64,000 bases of DNA, from the NCBI RefSeq assembly GCF_009914755.1, contig NC_060925.1; one strand, given 5' to 3'. Numbering within the stretch: the first letter of the stretch is position 1; the number at the start of each line of letters is the position of its first letter. Shown here piece by piece: positions 55,480 to 64,000 of this stretch. The stretch comes from the human T2T-CHM13v2.0 reference genome, Homo sapiens. Position numbers and translations under genes: made by a program. Below the pieces are notes generated by a model. That model was not told the DNA's origin. It did not search any database and worked only from the letters and a program-made list of their open reading frames with translations.

Positions 55480-56574
55480 GTCAGTTTAACAACCAAAAAG
55501 TTTATTGAGTGTCTGTTGGATACATTGTACTACAAGAGACAGATAATAATACTTCATTCAATTTGCCCTATTGGACTTCCAAATGAAAAATACTGAAGAA
55601 CAAATGATGTTTAAACAATACTACATGTTTCTAAAAGTTATAAATAAAGTTATTTAAATAAAAATATTTTTAATGCATTAGGGGAAGTCAGGTGGATTCT
55701 TTGTAAAAACAATTACCTGCCAATTTATTTACTACATAAAATTAGAGTTGAACTAGATTTTCTTATGGCAGATCCATATTCATATAGAAATTCATTTTAA
55801 ACTAGTATTTCTGATTGGTTAGATAAAAATTGCACATGATCTGAAAGATCCTGTATAAACATATACAATTTATATCTTTTGCTACCAAAAGATAGCTATT
55901 ATATTTCATTGATTACTTTTCTAGAATTGGTAATTTAATGACTTTGGTTAAAACTTATCAGGATTTCAGTTGAATTCCTTGTTACATTCAAATAATTGTC
56001 ATTATTTGCACATTTTATTCTAATAAATATAATTTCTCATTTTCTTAATATTCCAGTTTTCCACAACATTTGGGAAGATTTACAAGGTATACTCCATTTA
56101 GGCAAAAATAACTGTCAGGGAATAGTCATTGTCAAGAGCAGTTTGTATTGCAACCCACAAAGTAAGTTTTTTTTTTAACTTTTTATAGTATATTCTGGCA
56201 ATGTAGAAATTAGTTGAGATCCAAATCTTACAAACCTTTTGAAGTTTATGTTTATGTAAAAAAGTAAAAGAAAATAAAAATAACTGGCAAAAATGAAAAA
56301 TAAATCCATTCTAAAAGTGTTTCTCATATAGCATTCTGTACATAAGCTCAAGTGACAAACTTTTATTTGCAGTTTTCAACTCAATGCAAATGATATGAAA
56401 ATGCAAAACTGGCACTTATTGGCATTTTGCTTTTCTTTTAAAAGCTATTAACACATTAGCATATCTTCATATTTGATATTATGCATATAGAGCACTTATT
56501 TTAACTAGCAGTATTCTAGTAGTTTTATTTGCAGGTGTACTTGCAGCCCATATTATTATAAATCTGGAGTTTTA
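55480..56574 (-). other. PTPN22: PTPN22 3'UTR (AU-rich)
   Basis: Repeat-free AT-rich sequence between the stop and AATAAA. Confidence 0.7.
55501..55506 (-). terminator. PTPN22: Likely distal polyadenylation signal of PTPN22
   Basis: TTTATT on the + strand ~1.07 kb past the stop codon, before the Alu-containing spacer. Confidence 0.65.
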
Positions 56575-56639
56575 TTAAATATTCCAAGTTGGTGGTGGAT
56601 TCCTTGGTCCTTTGGGTTTTGAAAAACGGTTTGCAAAAC
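56575..56639 (-). CDS. PTPN22: PTPN22 last exon coding part ((G)[20 protein letters not shown]), C-terminal homology (CTH) motif of PEST phosphatases; missed by the ORF track
   Basis: Acceptor ttttgttcccag|GT at 56639; TAA at 56577-56575; peptide recognised. Confidence 0.96.
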
Positions 56640-57279
56640 CTGGGAACAAAAATAAAGTTGAATGAAAAGAAAGATGTTTTAAGTATAGAAATGAATACTT
56701 GGATTTTAGAGTATATTATAATATATGCAAATACATGGTCTTTTTTTAAATGTTAGGCAGCATCTTGACCAGTTTAGTAATAGATTATAAAGGGATTATA
56801 GTAATCTAAAGCTTAAATGATAACAGAATACTAATAACACTTTAAATTTGAAGAGCACTTACAAATTTAATAATGGTAATAATAGAATGTAGGACCCTGG
56901 TTATATATAGGCTTTGATAATTTAGTATATAATATCATTTGTCTATGACTTTTTGTCATCCACTCCATCCCATTAAATGAAGTCAGGAAATTTTAATTTC
57001 ACAAAAATATAGCACCGTTACTTATAACATTATTGTATTACATCTAGTTATACCTCTATGTCGGTCCAGAAATCCTTCAATTTACCAAGAGATTATGTTT
57101 GAAAATCTTAGAAAAAATAAACAATCCTGAAAAACTAAGTAGGTAAGTAAACATTATTATTTATCTTTCTTCTTCAAACTTGTTCCCCCTACCCCACCCC
57201 AAAGAAGGAGGATGAGAAAATTTTTCACAACTAATGAAGGCTATTTCTGGATGCTTTCAAAAGATGTGCATGTTGATGA

Positions 57280-57648
<369 letters not shown>

Positions 57649-57808
57649 TAATGGCAGTGTATTTTTAAGTTATCTTACACTTAGCAACTTTAGGGACTTA
57701 AAGTAAGAAATGAAATGTTTGAAGTATAGGGGAATAATAAAATGAAAAACTCAAAGATATACCTAAACCTTTAATTTCATCATCATACAAATTGTATTAT
57801 CTACCTTA

Positions 57809-58606
<798 letters not shown>

Positions 58607-59101
58607 CTAGAAAACTATGCCAGAACTGGAAGAGAAGGAGAGTAGGGAAGGGGAAAGAAGATTCAAGAAAAAAAAGCACATTCAAATTTGTTAATGGTGA
58701 TGATAAAAAAAAATTGGTGGAGGGGACACACAGCCTAGTTGATGTACATTTTACTCTTCCGAGTGGCAAGAAAGAAGATGGAAGGAATACTTTTGGTTAA
58801 ATAGTTTCACACACAATAGTCAGAATCATCCTGTCAGTACAGATCACTTGATTGTAACCCAAGTGGACTAGGAATAGAGATAAGGACATATGTTAGTATT
58901 GAGTACCTAAAATTTTAGGAATGCATATATTTGATCTCTTTCACTGGTCAATTCTCAGTAGCTTAAAACAGTTTCGAGCTACCTTTTTTTGCATGTGGGC
59001 CAATTCAGGGAAAATAAACCTGAATCATAAATTTTTTCATTCAGATTTAAGTACTTTTTTGAGTAACATGCACTTAAATTGATATTGCCTTAAAAAAGTA
59101 A

Positions 59102-60135
<1,034 letters not shown>

Positions 60136-61248
60136 AAATTATAACTTTTTAAACCTCAGAGTTAATGAAATCCAAACAAAATTTTATGGCAAAAAAGACA
60201 GATCCAGAAATTTTAGTTAAACATTTTGTGAAGATGACACAGGGACTCTTAACTTAGGCGTGGCAGAGATTGCTCCCCATCCACCAATATCTTCTTTGCT
60301 TCTTCCTCAAATAGAATTGTGTGTAGGCAATTTTGTCTGTCTGCCCAGCAATATTACATTTCCCAGTCTCTTTTGCAATTTAGTTATAGCACATGTCTAA
60401 GTTCTCTTCAAGGGAATATGAGCTGATATGATCTGGCCATTTCCAGGCCAGTGCCTTTGAAGACCAGAAGAGTAAGAAGAGGAGGCCACACCTCCACTTT
60501 TTCCTCTTTTCTTGCCACCTACAGTCTGCATGTGGCGGCAACCTAATTTTGATTGTGTAAGTAAGGACAATACCATTAAGTGGCAGTTCTCAAAGTGTGA
60601 TTCAGGGACTCCTGGAGGCCTCACACTCTTTCAAGGGGATTGGTTAATAATAATTTTTAGTAGTAATAGCCTACCACTAATTGCTATTCTTACAAAAAAT
60701 TATACCTGATACTACTTTAAATAGTACATAAATATGTATCACATAGGACAATAGAATGCTTAGAAGAATATAAAATTATTGTTTTAAGTTTATAGCTTAT
60801 ACTTAGGAGCAATTGGGTAAGCAAACCTTAAAACCGTCAGAATTGTGCTTCATTTCCTACTATTGAATTAGTTATATAAGATTAAATAGTGGCAACTGCT
60901 GTTCTTTTTATCATACTTCTATGTTTTTTATAAATTTGCTTTAGATATGAACCAGAATATCACAGCATCTCAATTTCTCCATTTGGATAGTCATATTTAT
61001 TTACTACATGCCAACACAATAATTTGGTTACCTAGCTTTATTTTCCACATATACTAGATAATTTAGTTCTGTGTGAGATGTTAAGAGGTAGTTAAGGTTA
61101 AAAATAAAAAGATAAATTGCATGGAAAAGAATATAAACATAAGGACCTATACATGCAACCTAAAATCATATTTAAAGTTGAATCAGTTATACTGTAAATG
61201 AGTAATTTAGGTAATTTTTTTAACTCTTCAGTAAAATAACACACATAC

Positions 61249-61326
61249 CAAAATTCAGAAATGAGCTGGAGTTATTTGACTGAACAGATTCTGCAGGCTT
61301 GTTTGGTGGGCAAGAATTACAGATAC
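61249..61326 (-). CDS. PTPN22: PTPN22 penultimate exon ((S)ICNSCPPNKPAESVQSNNSSSFLNF(G)); missed by the ORF track
   Basis: ttttgattctag|GT at 61326, TTG|GTATGT at 61249; 78 nt, phase 1-1; joins the last exon in frame. Confidence 0.96.
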
Positions 61327-61844
61327 CTAGAATCAAAAGAAAAAAATATAAGGGAAAGACTAAAGACAGACTCAGATGACTGTTGATCAGATCACATATA
61401 ATTGTTAAGAGTAATTAATAATCCCAAATAAACATATCACTGTCAAATGTTAACAAAATGTAGGTGCTTACAAATGGGTTGACACTATAATATTCTCATT
61501 TGTATTTTTGGTTTTTTTCTTAAAAGGTTTCTTTTCTTTGCAAACAGATTGTATAGTAAAGCCCAACACTAAAGAAAATTGCTAAGGAAATAAGATCCAA
61601 TATATCATGAATCAGCATTTTTTTGTTTTTTTTTTTGAAATTCACATTTTGGCTTTGGACTTCATATTACTTTTTCCTCTGGCCACTCTTAGTACATTTT
61701 TACATCATTTCTTCTCCACAATAATTCATCCATGACAAGTCTTTTATTTGTATTATATAATCCTCTACCCTGGAATCTCTTTTTTTATTCCACTTTCCAG
61801 CCTGATTTTTTTCTAATTATAAGTGATTCTAATTTAGGCCCATA

Positions 61845-62145
61845 ACCGGGCACGGTGACTCACGCCTGTAATCCCAGTACTTTGGGAGGCTGAGGCAGGC
61901 AGATAACTTGAGGCCAGGAGTACGAGACCAGCCTGTCCAACATGGTGAAACCCCGTCTCTACTAAAAATACAAAAAAAAATTAGCGAGGCATGGTGTTGC
62001 AAATCTCTAATCCCAGCTACTTGGGAGGCTGAGGCACAAAAATTGATCCAACCTGGGAGGCAGAGGGATGAGGTGAGCCCAGATTGCGCCACTGCACTCC
62101 ATCCAGACTGGGTGACAGAGCAAGACCCTGTCTCAAAAAAACATA
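61845..62145 (+). mobile_element. Alu (S-like)
   Basis: Dimer; TSD-like tttaggcc(c/a)ataa. Confidence 0.9.
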
Positions 62146-62965
62146 ATAATTATTATTATTTAGGCCAATAATCTCCCAAAAGCATTGTTATGCTGCTTTG
62201 TTTTGCTATTTTAGTTACTTATAGGTATAAGTTAACTTATAAGTTACTCATAGGTCATATATGTACATTGATATATTCATGTATCAGTTTCTGCAGTTTT
62301 GAAAACAGTCCCTTAAAAACTTTGTCCACATTTTGCACATTCTCTGTCTTGGCAATGGAAAAAGATAATTTCAGGTTTGTATAAACTTTCTAACAAATTG
62401 CATATAAATGGGAAGATATTAAGTGTTTTTGTGTTGTTTTCAACATTTTCAGAATGCACTGTGTGAACTGCATATGCATATTAGGTATGCATATTTGCAC
62501 ATGCATACGTAATACTAGGATTCTAGAAACACCTTCCTTTTCGAGGAGGTACCTGAGTATGAATCACTAGACTACATACTGAATTTCAATCAGATCTAAT
62601 TAAGATACATATTTATTTTGTACTTACTATATTACTATAGTAAGTATAATTATTATACTTAATATATTAAAATACTTAATATAAAGTATAAGTATAAAAT
62701 ACTATTCATATTTAAATACTTACTATGTGCTAAGCATTGCTGTAGGCACTGAAGATAGAGACATTAATAGAAAGTAGTAAAGGTGAGGAAGTTCAGGAGA
62801 TATCAGTAATCTGTATACTGCATAGGAGCTGAAAGTTATATACATCCTTCAGAAAGAAAACAAAATTGTCTCAAAGGAGAATATTGTTTTTTTTACAAAG
62901 GAGGCACAGATTCCACACATATATATCAGAGGAAACTGCTATTTTGTTATTTTGGCTCATCATGG

Positions 62966-63293
<328 letters not shown>

Positions 63294-63309
63294 TATCATG
63301 GATATATTT

Positions 63310-63900
63310 ATGCTGCCTGCCTAAACTTCATTCCCTCTTCTGATAATAGAACTTGAATTTTCCTTTAGGAAACTACCCCTCCCCAGTTTTCAGTTCCCGT
63401 GCTTCCATTAGAGCTGATTGTACCTTTAGATTAAGGAAATGACCTATAACTAGGGCTGATTTTCAGTTGGTATATTGGCATGGTCACACCAGATGTATAG
63501 GTCTGACCTCATTCCTGATTGGACAATGTCCACATGTAATAAGTGTTAAATATTAGGGCATGACACTATCCTGCCTAATCAGAACATTGACTATAATTGG
63601 TTCAGGGATGGGCAAATGAACCAAGTCAAGACAATCAGACCCAGTTGGCACTAGTCATCACAGTGTGGCTTGAAAACCAATAAAGAGTTATTTTTTTTCC
63701 ATCATAAGCCTGAACTCACATGATAAAAACCTGCCTATGAATGAGTTAACACAGAGTGAGACTAACCTGAGAGACATGAAATGAGAATTTAGGTTCTGAT
63801 TACATCATTTGGACCATTGTTACAAGCCAGTAAATTCCCCTTTTCTGCTGAAGTCAGCTTAAGTTAGGTTTTCTGTCACTTGTAACTAAAGGATTTCTGA
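63310..63900 (+). mobile_element. Old MaLR LTR (MLT1-type)
   Basis: ttggttcagggatgggcaaatgaaccaag...ttaggttttctgtcacttgtaactaaagg. Confidence 0.6.
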
Positions 63901-64000
63901 GCAATTAAAGTTTCCCACCAACAGTTGACAGCTTCCACTCTTGTCACTCTATAATTCATTCTGTATGTAGCAGCCAGTGTGATCGTTTTATACTTTTCTG

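Noticed and set aside
56384-56732. Two octamer motifs (ATGCAAAT) around the PTPN22 last exon, plus a MORE-like element at ~62469
   Set aside because: The same 8-mer occurs several times elsewhere in this AT-rich window, so no enrichment can be claimed
57054-57106. Minus-strand 53-nt pseudo-exon in the PTPN22 last intron (ttttttctaag| ... GAG|GTATAA) that would end the protein DFQT*
   Set aside because: Weak AAG acceptor and weak donor; no independent support

Overview
This is primate (almost certainly human, 1p13.2) genomic DNA carrying three tandem minus-strand genes. (i) The 5' end of PHTF1: CpG-island exon 1 and the first coding exon MASNERDAISWYQKK. (ii) The complete RSBN1 gene: seven exons reconstructed by hand with GT-AG boundaries, CDS 2409 nt = 802 aa plus stop, a DPY-21-like JmjC-type H4K20 demethylase, and a ~4.1 kb 3'UTR. 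(iii) The last two exons and 3'UTR of PTPN22. The RSBN1 CpG island looks bidirectional (ZNF143/ETS/YY1 motifs and + strand splice signals consistent with the AP4B1-AS1 lncRNA). Introns are dominated by ~30 Alu elements plus old L1, MIR, LTR and DNA-transposon fossils, and most short ORFs in the track are repeat or GC-content artefacts. I see no wholly new biological system. The best second-look items are a candidate poison/alternative-last exon in RSBN1 intron 2, an in-frame PHTF1 uORF closed by TAG|TGA across the splice junction, a phase-compatible PTPN22-RSBN1 read-through fusion, an 88-bp templated insertion of nearby DNA into an Alu, inverted Alus flanking RSBN1 exons 3-4, and a perfect 36-bp palindrome. 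Gene names and repeat families come from recognition, not database searches, and repeat boundaries are approximate.
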